From: Antedon mediterranea
Lineage: Eukaryota; Animalia; Echinodermata
Assembly (NCBI RefSeq): GCF_964355755.1
Contig: NC_092674.1
Coordinates: 24,490,001 to 24,554,000, forward strand
DNA: 64,000 bases
Reading direction: 5' to 3'
Below are positions 1 to 13,671 of the stretch, piece after piece. Every line of letters begins with the position of its first letter. The first letter of the stretch is position 1. The notes beneath the pieces were generated by a model. That model ran no database searches. It saw only the letters and a list, made by a program, of their open reading frames with translations, and was not told the DNA's origin. The position numbers and the translations under genes are program-made.

Positions 1-67
1 GCAAGTGATTAATTATTCAAACTGTCGATTGTCATTGGTCAACACGCTTACGTTGCGTTTGCAGTAC

Positions 68-410
68 TTCTTCTTCTTCTATAAGGAGCAAAGCTACTGC
101 TCCACTAAGGGTCCCATTGTGACATCGGCACAGCCAACTACGGCGCCAATACGTCTGTCCACAACAGTGTGTGTATATAAATGAACTAGTACACCGGGGT
201 AACCCCCTACTCGTCTCGAAAGATGTACACTGTACTAGGTTCTTTAAAGTGCACATGAGCCACATGTACACTGGACCTACGGTTTATAGTCCTTATCCGA
301 GAAGACTTGTTCTACCACCAGAACCATGGAGCGAGTGATCCTCGAACCCTTGCCAATGTTATGGCTATGAATTTCGGTTCCACTGTCTTCACCGCTCAGC
401 CACACTCACT
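68..410 (-). mobile_element. tRNA-derived SINE with Deu/Nin-like central domain
   Basis: Minus strand: A box TGGCTGAGCGG, B box GGTTCGAGG, central TCGGATAAGGACTATAAACCG...TTAAAGAACC...CCCCGGTGT, (AAG)n tail; CAGTAC repeated at 62-67 and 411-416 (candidate TSD). Confidence 0.75.
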
Positions 411-1802
411 CAGTACGGTATCTACTAACCGTCTTTTGCATTAATTCTTCTGCCTGTAAAAAATGTAGAAAAAAACACAATCCTATTCAGAATTACCAGA
501 TATTTGGTATTCGGCAAATGCTAATAAAATATACAGTGTACAATTTATACAATTTTAAAAGTAGTACAGCATACAATTTCTTTTCATTTATATACTATCA
601 ATGAATTTGTATAGTGTGTTTGTGTGCGTGCAATACAGTATTATAAAAATTGGGCATTTTATTTTAAAATGTTGTTTTTTTAAAAACTTTTTTAAAACTT
701 TTTTTTGTATAACTGTTATCTATATTTTCGTACATGGTTTTTTAAAGAAATAACAACTGCTTATGTGATGCAAATTTTGTAGGAAGTACACCGATTTCCG
801 ATACTGTATCTATAATTAGTACAAATTCTGTGTTACAGTGTCACATCTATCACATGGAATGCCTGTATCATACTAACCCTGACATTACAGTTGTCAGAAT
901 TTGCCATATACACGTGCTATATAGAGTGAATTGTACCATATTATATAACTAAATAACAAATTAATTTACCTAAATACCTGTATTTTTGTGTAAAATAAAT
1001 GTGCTTGTTTTTATTTGATATAATGTCCAGTAAGTTGAAATAATACACATTTTACATAATAGATATGAAGTAATAATAAAATAATAATTTAATAATAAAT
1101 ACAAAGTTATAAATAAATAATTATAGACAGCTCAGGGTGTTTTTGTTCCATTATTATTTTTGTGTACTGTTAACATACTTACTGTAGTTCACTCACCTTC
1201 TATCATATATTAATATAATTATTCTGTGTGTGCTAGTAACCATACTGTCTGTTCACTAATAAAACAATATTGCACTCTGTATCATATATAACTTTTTAAA
1301 ATTATTCATTATATGGCTACAACTCGGGGTGTTTATAATTTATTATTTTTTGTTTACTAGTGATAAACTCATTTCACAAATAATGATATAATAATGCCTC
1401 ATCATAGTATTCTTTGTGCTAGTAGTAACCATACTAAAATTTCCCTCCTATCATATTTTTGTTATTATACATATGGCTATGTTAGCTGATGTTTTTTTAA
1501 TATAGAAATATTAAATGTGTATAGTTTATCAAGATATAAAATAAGTTCTCGGTAATACATCTAAAGATAGCTTCTCTTTTATATTATGAACTATTTATCA
1601 AACAATTAGTAGTTTTGTCGGAATACTAATTAGGAAAATAGTTTTTTTTTTTTTTATATTATGACTGCAGTATTATAAATAGGGCCTATTTATAACATGT
1701 GTAGTCTGGGCTCCAGACGGAGTTTTGTCTTATTATTAGTGAAAATATAAATATTTTTGCACATATAATTTTAAATAATACATTTCATAAATATACATAT
1801 AA

Positions 1803-1897
1803 CTTTTCTGGCTGTTTACTTTATCGTTTTGATTTAGCTTTTCGCTTTTTATTTTTGTATCTCCATTGAGATCCAGCCACTGATACCCACAGCATTG
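1803..1897 (+). repeat. Unclassified dispersed repeat (other copies about 19070-19153, 26892-26967 reverse, 52155-52220)
   Basis: Shared TTTACTTTATCGTTTTGATTTAGC...CCACTGATACCCAC in four places. Confidence 0.65.
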
Positions 1898-1985
1898 TCA
1901 TTTTTTTCAGTAATTTGCCTTTGGATTTATATATATATATATATATAATATAGCCAATAAATTAAAGACTAATATTAAATAAATA

Positions 1986-2296
1986 ATATGAATTGTCCCC
2001 CAAAAACATGAAAAATGAGGTTGTTTTGTAGTGTTAATAAAGTTAAATCACTTTTGTGGGAAAAAAAACGGAAAAATATAATGTTTTCACTTATAAAATG
2101 ACAAAATAAATAGTTAAATTCAACCAAAATCCCATTGGCAGCCAATTTGACAATTTTTGCCTTTAAATTACAGTTTTTTAAGGTAAATCAATTTTTTTTT
2201 TCCGATCCAATTTTTGGTCAATAGATACGGTAGCTAATAATGTGACATTAAAATGGCATATTCAACAACAAAACATTTCAGGCAAACAATACACCT
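1986..2296 (+). mobile_element. Kolobok-type (TTAA) MITE, degenerate copy
   Basis: Colinear with the intact copy at 44130-44441; ends ACAATACACCT|TTAA. Confidence 0.65.
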
Positions 2297-3135
2297 TTAA
2301 TAATGTGATGTTATTAATAATGTAATATTTTAGTTATTTTCTAAAGAAATAAAAAAATAAAAATCCATGGAGGTACGTAATCTTCTGCCGACATTACAAA
2401 ATGCATTGGCACGATCTACTGTATACTTAAGCGTGTGTTTGCTATGTTGTAGACCTACTTCCAACGCTTTTAAATCCATAAAATAGACATCTATTTATTT
2501 CATGCACCAATTAATATGATATTAAACAGTATTAAAAGCATTCATATAATATGGATTCTTATATCGTAAATGAGCAAACAAGCGACGTGCTTAGAAGTGT
2601 CCGTGTTTAATTAGTCGGGACATAAATTTAGATGTTTACTTAATTATTTCTCCATGCTTAGGCCTAGTTGTGTTTTTTCAGTACACTATAATATTATTAT
2701 TGCAATTATAATGATTAGATAACTTTACTTTATTACTTAGCTGAAGTTTTCACTTCACTTTATTCCAAATCATAATTGTTGTATAACAATTTTAAATCAA
2801 ACTAGAATTTAATTCGTCACTTTGACGAATTATAGGTGATCATTTTTATCATTTTTGTTTACATGCACGTACGTTAACATACGATCAGAAAATGTTGATG
2901 TATGCCATCCTATTATACGCTTATAGTGTGCTGAGTTGTGCCTATTATATGCCATATACAATATGTACAGTATATAATGTATATCTATATACAGTATAGC
3001 ATATGTGAAATTACGGGACACAATCATGTTCTAATTTTTTGTATGATGGAATTATCAAAATAAACTCGAAGATGACAATTTCGAAAGATAATGAATTGAG
3101 CAAATAAATATAAGAATTGGAAGAGTATTAAATTA

Positions 3136-5242
3136 GCTATTGAGGGCTGCATTTTCCACGTTTACAACTAGAAAAGTGACAATGTCGGGAGCTAGCAGTA
3201 TTTTAAATTACCCGGTAGGCCTATTGTATAAGCTATTTGAGGGCTGCATTTTCCACGTTTATAACTAGAAAAGTGACAATATCGGGAGCTAGCAGTATTT
3301 TAAATTAGCTGGTATTGTATAAGCTATTGAGGGCTGCATTTATCGCGTTTACAACTAGAAAAGTGACAATATCGGGAGCTTATGCAGTATTTTAAATTAG
3401 CCGGTAGGCCTATTGTATAAGCTATTGAGGGCTGCATTTTCCGCGTTTACAACTAGAAAAGTGACAATATCGGGAGCTAATGCTAATACTGTACTGGTAT
3501 TGTATAAGCTATTTGAGGGCTGCATTTTCCACGTTTAGGCCTATAACTAGAAAAGTGACAATATCGGGAGATAATGCAGTATTTTAAATTAGCCGGTATT
3601 GTATAAGCTATTGAGGGCTGCATTTATCGCGTTTACAACTAGAAAAGTGACAATATCGGGAGATAATGCAGTATTTTAAATTAGCCGGTATTGTATAAGC
3701 TATTGAGGGCTGCATTTATCGCGTTTACAACTAGAAAAGTGACAATATCGGGAGCTTATGCAGTATTTTAAATTAGCCGGTATTGTATAAGCTATTGAGG
3801 ACTGCATTTTCCGCGTTTACAACTAGAAAAGTGACAATATCGGGAGCTAGCAGTATTTTAAATTAGCCGGTAGGCCTATTGTAGAAGCTATTGAGGGCTG
3901 CATTTATCGCGTTTGTAACTAGAAAAGTGACAATATCGGGAGCTAATGCCGTATTTTAAATTAGCCGGTATTGTATAAGCTATTGAGGGCTGCATTTATC
4001 GCGTTTACAACTAGAAAAGTGACAATATCGGAAGCTTATGCAGTATTTTAAATTATCCGGTATTGTATAAGCTATTGAGGGCTGCATTTATCGCGTTTAT
4101 AACTAGAAAAGTGACAATATCGGGAGATAATGCAGTATTTTAAATTAGCCGGTATTGTATAAGCTATTGAGGGCTGCATTTATCGCGTTTACAACTAGAA
4201 CAGTGACAATATCGGGAGCTAGCAGTATTTTAAATTAGCCGGTAGGCCTATTGTATAAGCTATTGAGGGCTGCATTTATCGCGTTTACAACTAGAAAAGT
4301 GACAATATCGGAAGCTTATGCAGTATTTTAAATTAGCCGGTATTGTATAAGCTATTGAGGGGTGCATTTATCGCGTTTACAACTAGAAAAGTGACAATAT
4401 CGGGAGCTTATGCAGTATTTTAAATTAGCTGGTATTGTATAAGTTATTGAGGGCTGCATTTATCGCTTTTGTAACTAGAAAAGTGACAATATCGGGAGCT
4501 TATGCAGTATTTTAAATTAGCCGGTATTGTATAAGCTATTGAGGGCTGCATTTATCGCGTTTACAACTAGAAAAGTGACAATATCGGGAGCTAGCAGTAT
4601 TTTAAATTAGCCGGTAGGCCTATTGTATAAGCTATTGAGGGCTGCATTTATCGCGTTTACAACTAGAAAAGTGACAATATCGGGAGCCTATGCAGTATTT
4701 TAAATTAGCCGGTATTGTATAAGCTATTGAGGGCTGTATTTTCCGCGTTTACAACTAGAAAAGTGACAATATCGGGAGCTAGCAGTATTTTAAATTAGCT
4801 GGTATTGTATAAGTTATTGAGGGCTGCATTTATCGCTTTTGTAACTAGAAAAGTGACAATATCGGGAGCTATTGTATAAGCTATTGAGGGCTGCATTTAT
4901 CGCGTTTACAACTAGAAAAGTGACAATATCGGGAGCTAATGCCGTATTTTAAATTAGCCGGTAGGCCTATTGTATAAGCTATTGAGGGCTGCATTTATCG
5001 CGTTTATAACTATAGAAAAGTGACAATATCGGGAGCTAATGCAGTATTTTAAATTAGCCGGTAGGCCTATTGTATAAGCTATTGAGGGCTGCATTTATCG
5101 CATTTATAACTATAGAAAAGTGACAATATCGGGAGCTAATGCCGTATTTTAAATTAGCCGGTATTGTATAAGCTATTTAGGGCTGCATTTATCGCGTTTA
5201 CAACTAGAAAAGTGACAATATCGGGAGCTTATGCAGTATTTT
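3136..5242. repeat. Minisatellite, about 92-bp unit, about 23 copies
   Basis: Unit GCTATTGAGGGCTGCATTTATCGCGTTTACAACTAGAAAAGTGACAATATCGGGAGCTTATGCAGTATTTTAAATTAGCCGGTATTGTATAA with small indel variants. Confidence 0.97.
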
Positions 5243-5667
5243 ATATACACAGGTGGCGCTTTAACACATTTGTTTGTCATATTCTGCTTGTACTGTTAGT
5301 TGCACTCTGTAAAACTTCGAACTCTTAATTATAGCTCTTAATTATAGCTTAATTATAGCTCCAATAACTTTATAGGCTATTGGAAATGTGGACAATGAAA
5401 ATTACGAAACGTTCGCTCCTTTACAATCAAATTTGTAATTGACTTTGTTTTAACGACTTGTAAACTTTACGTTAAATTGGTTTATCTCAAGAAGTTAAAG
5501 AGTTTGCATAAGTCAGAAAAAGATGGTGGACCTGACCAGCAGTAGGCTACACCGGGTAACTCCCTATTCCAAATACACACGAGCTAGATATGTAGGTCCT
5601 ACAACCTGTACCCTCGACCTCAACCTTTTCCGATTTTGTTGCCACAGTTTGTGGCACCCCTGCCTAC

Positions 5668-5970
5668 AGCTTGATTCCCACTAGGACGCAACGCAAGGAC
5701 GTAAGCGCAACTGAAGCCAGTTGACCAATCACAAGCACACTTTCGGATATCCATCGCTTGTGGTTGGTTAAATTGCTAAAGCTTAGTTTCCACTAGGACG
5801 CAACGCAAGGACGTAGACGCAAGGCAAGCGAGTTGAACAATCACACGCGACCGAATAATCTACCGCTTGTGATTGGGCAAATCACTTTCCGTTGCGTTAC
5901 GTCTTCGCGTTATGTCCTAGTGGGAACCAAGCTTTACGTCGCTGCGTTACGTACTAGTGGGAACCGAGCT
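5668..5970. mobile_element. Nested pair of PIF/Harbinger-type MITEs (family A; inner copy 5780-5933)
   Basis: Two left TIRs resembling AGCTTGGTTCCCACTAG followed by two right TIRs resembling CTAGTGGGAACCAAGCT, each right end followed by TTA. Confidence 0.75.
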
Positions 5971-7273
5971 TTAGGCTTAACCGTTCGGCCACTTAATTAA
6001 ATAAAAAATAACCCACTATGAAACTCTGCCACTCGTGTTAGCTTACTACGGTTCATCTGTAACACAATCACATTATGATTATGGAAACTTAATTGAATGC
6101 GCCCTCTTTTTGAATAATCTCTCTCGGTTTCTGTCTTTCTATAATGAATAATAACTTTATGATTAATATAATCTGGCCGTAGCACACAGAAGGTAGACGA
6201 ATATTTTAATATTATTTGACAGTATCATCTTGAGTGATGTCATCCTCGGTCACAGTCGTCGAGACGTGATTAAATTGCCTAATCTTATTAGACAACCTCA
6301 TTCATCTGTGCTCTGCTCACGCCCCATGCATTACAATATCGAATTTGTAAACGAGTTATAAGTACATCATGATGGTAAATGACGTCATTTTTCAGCAGGT
6401 GGTTACCCTTGTTGACCGTGATTTTGAATTCGAGCTATACTGGGATTAATAACGTCTTGCCTATTACGTTTCTATTTTGAATAAACGCCCTCTCGAATAA
6501 ACTCTCGGGCGTCTTTATTTGGTCGAATAAACTCCCCGCCACATTGATTAGGCCTATATACACAATACAGTATTGTATTTGTGAATATTCATTGATTGAC
6601 ATGATCTACAATTGACCAAGAATTCTGATGCTGTACATTTTATTTCTTTTCGATATCATTGTGTTGTATTTTTTCATATCTAGGGGGTATCTATTTATTA
6701 CCATATGACACCCAAAAAATAATCGCCTTCTCCAAATAAACGCCGCACCCTAATACCGCCCCTCTCCTAAAACCATTCATGATCAAATACAAATACATAT
6801 TAGTTCATCATTTCATTTTCTCAACCCAGGTTTCAAAGTGCGAATTTCGGTCAAAACAAAAAATATGACGCTTATTTCATCAACATTGATTTTTTTTTTT
6901 ATCAATGGGCACGTTTCCGTTTAATTTTTGTCATTGATATCCTTGTTTTAAATATAGAAAGTAGGCCTACACTTCAGGCATAGTGTCTGTTCACAATTAT
7001 TATCGCCGTACGTTTCCATCTAGTTAGGCCTACTCTAGGTCCAGCCCTAGTTTAGGTTGATGCTTTGGGAAATCGCACTTTAAATCCGTTAATTTATTTC
7101 TATTTCAGATAACCGAAGGCATTATTATTAGGTAAGCATGTTGTACTTTTTGTATACCAAATAATATTCGTTGCCGCTAGTTACTAAGATGATAAATACA
7201 CACATAGAATACTTGAACAAGAAATAAACATTTACACATCGCGGACTACTGCACGAACTAAGTTTTGAACCAT

Positions 7274-7720
7274 GCCTTGGTTCCCACTAGGAGGTAACGC
7301 AACAACGTATTAGCGAAACGGCAAGTAATTTTACAAATCACAAGCGATGGATTATCCAGATTGTCTCTTCCCATTGGACAAATCGCTTGCGTTGCGCTTA
7401 TGGCCTTACCTATGGTGACAACAAAGTTTAAAGCGTGGTTCACACAGAGACGCAACGCAAGGACGTGACGTGACGCAACGCAAGCGACCAATGACACGCA
7501 ACAGTTTGAATAAATCTATCGCTTGTCATTGGTCAAATCGCTTGCGTTGCGCTTATGGCCTTACTAAAGCTTGTTTCCCACTAGAACGTAACACAAGGAC
7601 GTAAACGCAACGCAAGCGTTTTAACCAATGACAAGCGAAGTTATAGACAGTTAGCAATCACAAGCGAATTGTGATTGGTCAATTCACTTGCGTTGCGTTA
7701 CGTCCTTGCGTTACGTCTAG
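7274..7720. mobile_element. Cluster of three family-A MITE copies
   Basis: Left TIR-like GGTTCCCACTAG, GTGGTTCACAC and GCTTGTTTCCCACTAG near 7275, 7433 and 7568; palindromic bodies (CAATCACAAGCG...CGCTTGTGATTG). Confidence 0.7.
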
Positions 7721-8208
7721 CGACTTGTAATACGATACAATTATATTTTTGTCTTGTGGACGAGAAGGTGATGTATGCGTAGATATCAATCCAAAGTACC
7801 TTGATAATTACCAAAACAATTCTGATTTCTCTGCAATTACTATCTTTGTAAATATTAGTGAGAATGCATCGCCCGAAAACGCTATTACACTTTTAATCGA
7901 TTACACATTTTTAAAATATGAATTAAAGGTGAATTTTCAACAATAATGATTTAACAACAATAAAATGACTTTTTAAGTACGATATCAATGAAAACCATTT
8001 ATTACAACAATAATGACTTAACATCAGAAAATGACGTTTTGAGTACGTTATAAAAAAAACTAAATAGCATAATATGATGCCTAATGAATTGCACAATTAA
8101 AAAAAATTGAATTAAAGGTGAATATTCCATAAAAATTTTTTTTATCAAAATACAGTAGAATGGCTTTTTAAGTACGGTATCAAAGAAAACCAAGTAGGCC
8201 TAGCATAA

Positions 8209-8326
8209 TTTAATGCCTATGCCTACGGGTATTTAATGCCTATGACTACGGGTATTTAATGCCTATGCCTACGGGTATTTAATGCCTATGCCTACGGGTA
8301 TTTAATGCCTATGCCTACGGGTATTT
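8209..8326. repeat. 23-bp tandem repeat x5
   Basis: (TTTAATGCCTATGCCTACGGGTA)5. Confidence 0.95.
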
Positions 8327-10568
8327 AAAAAGCTTATCTGATAGACCCACCTCATCTCAGTTGCAAAATTAGAAATAAACCCTTTAAAAAACATTTTAAC
8401 ACAATTTGAAGCTATAAAATGTTGAATATTTATCGTGTAAGGCAAAAAAAGGGGGGGGGGGTGGGGGAAAAATGCGACTGAAAGCGCTAACAAGATTAAC
8501 TGAACTTCTATCATTTGACTCTTTCTAACCAGTAATTAGGTGGATTTATTATTATTATTATTTATTTAAAGATGCTTCCAGAAATAGATAGAGGAACGCA
8601 TTAAAGTTATAATACTTCTCCTCGTTCGTTTTGCAGGTAAGTGTCCCCTTAATAGAGGTGTTCCACATTATATTGTAATATACAGTAACATACAGTACAA
8701 CGAATCTAAGTATTACTACGATAACATCAAAAGTTGTGCGTGACGCGTAAAAAAAATGATAGTTTTCATTAAAAAACCGCAACGTTTTAGTGGCACGTAT
8801 AATTAATGTCGATGCACTGTGTCATCGATCCAATCGATAGAAATAATGTTGAAAAGGGTTGTTTTATGTTTTGATGTTCTTATTTACTGCATGCTATATA
8901 GTAGCCAGTGAGTGTGGTTTACAGGTCTTGACAGGCGAGAAAGTTCAATCATCCCCAAAGCGTTTGCACTCTTTTTATAAGAACAATTGCGCGTTGTCCT
9001 GGATACGATCTAACTGCGACAAAAATGTTGGTGTATATTGTATTATGTTGTGTAAACCAAGTTCTTAAAGTTTACATAAAGTGATTTGGTAACACAAGAC
9101 GATTCCATTTCAATGGAGGTGTTAACGAATTCTTATATTCTGACTTTTAATTATTCAATTTCTTTTATTTTGGAAATATTTCAATTATAATTTGTTGGCC
9201 AGTGTAAACTCAATCATTTTATTTAAATTTATTTCATTTATTCATTTAGCATCCATTCAACAACACATTTAAAATACATAACTTAGGCCTATTTATAGGC
9301 TAGGCCTATATAGTATGCCGTCAAGATGTGATTTTGAAAATATAATTTGCGTAACTGATGGTTTTTGAAAATCGAATATTAATGTATTTAGGCCTAAAAT
9401 AAATTGTAACACATATTTTTTGAAACACAAAAGACGCATAATCGTAGCCATATCACTTTATACACGCGCGCAAATGTTGGTAATACCAGAGATGTTTACG
9501 CGCGCGTCGACTTAGTGGTGTTATGCAATAAGATTTAAAAATATTCGAAGTGATCAAAAATTAAAACCAAGGTCAAGGTGCTCAATAGGCTGAAGTATGA
9601 TTGTCTTTAATATAGTAATCCTTTATCCTTAAGACCTCGCGTGTGATACGCTAGTGTATTATTATTTTTTAGCAGGTCTTCGCAAACATACGTCACCAAT
9701 AGTGTGTTACAATTCAAATTAATACACAATAGATTGAGCTGAGAATGAAAAACGTTCGAATGAAATTCTGACCTCGGTATTTTGTTGTCAACGCCGTACT
9801 AGGCCTCTTTTTCTGATGTGTTTGAAAACGAACTAAATCATACAATGTCAAATGACGAATGTTAATTAACGATGATATAAAGTAAGCTTAGATAGAGAAA
9901 CATTGCACAAGGTAAAGAGTAATTTAAAGAAAATCATAATGGAGGAGGATTGGAAAGATTAAAGAAAAGAACTGACTTCAATTTAAAATATCGTTTAATA
10001 AAATAAGGGGCTAAGGGGATAAGGCCTACAATATCTAACGAAGCAGGTGTAGCTAGATATAACAATTAGTAAAGAGTATACCAATTGCTGGACGTTAATT
10101 AGCTTTTCATCTCACTGAGTTAATATATCTATGTGTCACCTGGGCAGCTTATATTATTTTGTTATATTTTAAGACGTATCGAAAAACGTGATTGAACTAA
10201 ACAACGGACAAGGCAACATTACTATTTTTATAACCAAAACAATTAACCTAATGCTGATAAGTTTTGTTGCTGCGTTAACCTTTAAAGTTCATCATTTTGG
10301 CGATTCTGACGTCATTTTGTTGTTGTATCCATAACAATTGAATTCCCATCTTAGGTAAGTTTGGTAACGTAATTAAAATACAGCTGAACAGTTTACTTTT
10401 AAAGCAATGTCAAAATGAACGGCTTTCGGCAAACAATAAACACAGAGAAAATACCATTGGGCGAAGAAAAATAAATTAATAAATAAAAGCGTTAGATGGA
10501 TACCGTACCACCTTTAGAATTATTCAAACTTATTGATTAGGTTTTAAGCAGTACTTATTTTCAAAAGT

Positions 10569-10691
10569 GGCCGTATTCACCAATCACACTTAAGTGAGAT
10601 GTTTCCCTTAAATACAAAGTATTCCACTTAATTCAATCAATTAAATAGTAATAAATAATATAATAATCAAGTGTGAATGGTGAATACGGCC
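10569..10691. mobile_element. Short MITE with GGCC termini
   Basis: TIR GGCCGTATTCACCAATCACACTT ... AAGTGTGAATGGTGAATACGGCC (one mismatch in 23 bp); the right junction is GGCC|TA. Confidence 0.7.
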
Positions 10692-10849
10692 TACTATCCA
10701 TTACATGAGTAATACATGCAGTGGAATTACAGCTTTGTGGATAGTTACCGTGCTTTCATTCCGACCCCACGATCCAGAGTTCAATCCTGACCTTGTGTCT
10801 GGGTTCAGTATAATCGATCTAAAACAATTTAAAATTGTATTATTCCTAA

Positions 10850-10987
10850 ATGACATAAACATGGGACCAATTCACAAAAAAACAACGTCATATCACTACC
10901 GTATTTGAGCATATCACTACCATAATTGAGCATATCACTACCATATTTGGGCACCTCACACTTTTTTAAATATTGTATTGACAGAGC
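10850..10987. mobile_element. MITE family C fragment (other copies about 14560-14671, 18455-18553, 34463-34560)
   Basis: Internal 21-bp repeats CATATCACTACCATATTTGGG; family end GTGTAGACAGAGCT (Harbinger-like TIR), intact in the 14.6-kb copy and degenerate here. Confidence 0.6.
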
Positions 10988-11544
10988 TTTAGACAAAACG
11001 AAGGTGAACTTTAGTCTCTTATGAAACCTCTGTGCCATCTGCCGCACAGAGGTTTTATAAGTATAGAGAATAGAGAGGTGTAATCTGTCACTTGCAGCCT
11101 CATGTCCACTAATAATTCTTTCGTGTCCAGTCGCCATCACACGATGCTCATTCGTGTGTCTAGTGTGTTTATTTTCATCATTGTTATGCCTACTTTTGGA
11201 AACTTTGCAAATGAAATGCATGAACATGTCTGCTACTTCAATAATGTCAGTCGATGTCACCCCGACAACGCTGAGTTCAAAACATTTGTGATTGAAATTA
11301 ATTAACTTTTAATGGACATCAACATCTTCCCGTCTTTGTTGTAGTTTGTCTTTAGGGTTATTACATATTGTCAAAGTTTCATATTCATAATGTTAGTACC
11401 GTAATGCCTATAGAATGGTAAACCAGGCTAGATTGAAATTACATACATGAGGGTAAACATGTGAAATTACATTGTAATTTCACTTTTCTCTGATTGAACA
11501 CAGAATTGTGATTCACTGAAGAAAGATAACATCTTGCTTAATAA

Positions 11545-11690
11545 ACTTTGTTCCTACTGGGGAGGCAAAGCAATAACGTAGACACAACTTAAGCGAGTTG
11601 ACCAATGGCAGGCGAAAGTTCGAATAATCCATTGCTTATGATTGGTGAAATCACTTACGTTGAGTTACGCCAAGCTGTGTTGCGTCTCTA
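11545..11690. mobile_element. Degenerate family-A MITE
   Basis: GTTCCTACTGG...GAGTTGACCAATG...TGATTGGTGAAATCACTT, colinear with the 5780-5933 copy. Confidence 0.55.
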
Positions 11691-12966
11691 ATCATTTTAT
11701 ATAATCTGTTCCTAGAAACGCAAGAAGTTGCCAGTTTAACAATAATGGTCAAAATGTTATTTAATAATTGAGCTTCTGTTAAACTATCAAGGAACACGTG
11801 ATATTTATATTCAATAGAACCCTGTTTAATTAATTAGGTGGTTTAAAGTATTATTATTATTTGCCAAATTCTGGACCGATACTGTTATTAGTTCAATAGA
11901 TAATTAATGGTGTTTAAAAAAAAATTAAATCAACAGATTTTGCAGGTCTGCAAATGACGTTCAATTGTTTCTGCATTGTTGTCCTGATTAGATGCACTTT
12001 ACAGAAGTAAGTATACGTCAATCCAAAAATCATTTTCTCTAATTAAATTCTTTTTTATCATGCCGTTTAATGGTATTCTTAACCAATCAATTTGGCGAGT
12101 TTAAATTAACAAGGTTATTTCGATATCAGATTTTTCTTGAAAGGACTATCAATCGGTAAAATGAAATAGTGATTCGAGTATGATACTGTATTATTCTGCG
12201 CATGCGCGTTTACCACCTCATCTCTTGAAACCGTTTCGATCTTGTTATTGTTTTAAATGATCTATTAATTTTTCAATCACTTTGATATCTATCTATTTAG
12301 ATAGTCTTATAGAATTAATAAGCCTGGTATCTATAAAGATAAAATTATTATTGATCACTCCAAGGTCAAGGGTCAAAACTATCAACACTTGTTACTCAAC
12401 CAAATTGATCAATTATTATGCCTACTTTTTCTTTTCCAATTTGCCCTTTCATTTACCGCTAGATTTAATTGTCTTTCCAAACCTACTGCTCTTGAGCTCA
12501 ATGTCCGACTGGGAATCGTAAAAAATTACTAATTGATATTAAGGAAAATACACCGCTCTCATAAACACGGATCAATCATTATTTAAGTCAAAACCCGGAG
12601 CATATTGCATTAGCGTTAATAAATATAAGTGTACTCGCACTGCATGGAACACTCGAGGAGTATATAGTTTGAAACGGACTGCGCTATGTTTGCCTTGGTA
12701 TCCTACACACGTTTCTTCTTGTCATTTATATTCATGATAATGTCACTAGGAAATGTGTTACAATACGACGGCCGCTTAACGCGATGTAAACTCCTACAAT
12801 ATAGTCGCCATTACCTATACTAGGCCTAAATATATTATACTGTTGTGTCCCTTTCCCCCTTGTACTCAGTCGATTAGTTTTCTTCATTTAAAAATAATGT
12901 AATAATTTGAAAACGTATCCTGGATGTGTTGCCCCGGCGGCGATTTTTTCCTCAAATGCTTTCTCC

Positions 12967-13067
12967 AACAAGGCCATATACATGGCTGCAGTCGCGTGTG
13001 CAAATTTGAGTTAGTGTCTACCGACCGATCAACCGACCGACATAGTGAGCTATAGAGTCGACTAAAA
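12967..13067 (-). mobile_element. Helentron/DINE-1-like non-autonomous element (other copies 18683-18803, 30254-30368, 36478-36569)
   Basis: Shared (GTCG/GTCT)n microsatellite, TATAGCTCACTAT, GGCCTTGTT terminus; a short hairpin TCGCGTGGACGCGA in the 18.7-kb copy. This architecture resembles HINE/DINE-1 elements. Confidence 0.6.
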
Positions 13068-13671
13068 TCCGCGAAAAGCCGCCCCATTCTAGGAAGCACA
13101 TTACGAACATGCATATTAATGGATACCTGGACATAGATCAACCAGGTTATGGGGAACTGTCTTCTCTTCCATCACCTCTGCCATAACCTGATGACAAAAC
13201 AAATCCTGGAAATGACGTAATGATCCAGCAAAACAGTTTGAGATATCCTATACATACACGGACATAAACACAAACAAACAAATAAGGGTGGTAATGAAAA
13301 CTATACATAAATTAAAGCTACAATTTCACCCTACTATGTAAACAACAATTTTACGACCAGTAATTTACGAATAAAATCAGAAAAGAAAAAACAAATTGAT
13401 TGTTAAGAAAATCGCAGGCGCTAATTCTTATTTTTATATACTCAAAGTAACTTCATTATTCAAGAATATAGAAATTATCGCTTATAAATTAGATTTGTTA
13501 TTATTTCTGAAGTATAGTATAAATGGGTATCATACGTAGTGTACTTTTCTAGTAGATATATTTATTTATTCTGTTCTCTGTGATCAATGAATTCATTATC
13601 CATTATAAAATCTTGAAACCCCTATTGACTAAATGGAATAGTCTCTAGAATCTTCATATTATCGTCTGGTT

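Noticed and set aside
3136-5242. CRISPR-like appearance of the tandem arrays (also 20686, 31054, 42459, 54577)
   Set aside because: Head-to-tail units with no unique spacers, no cas genes, and a eukaryotic intron-exon context.
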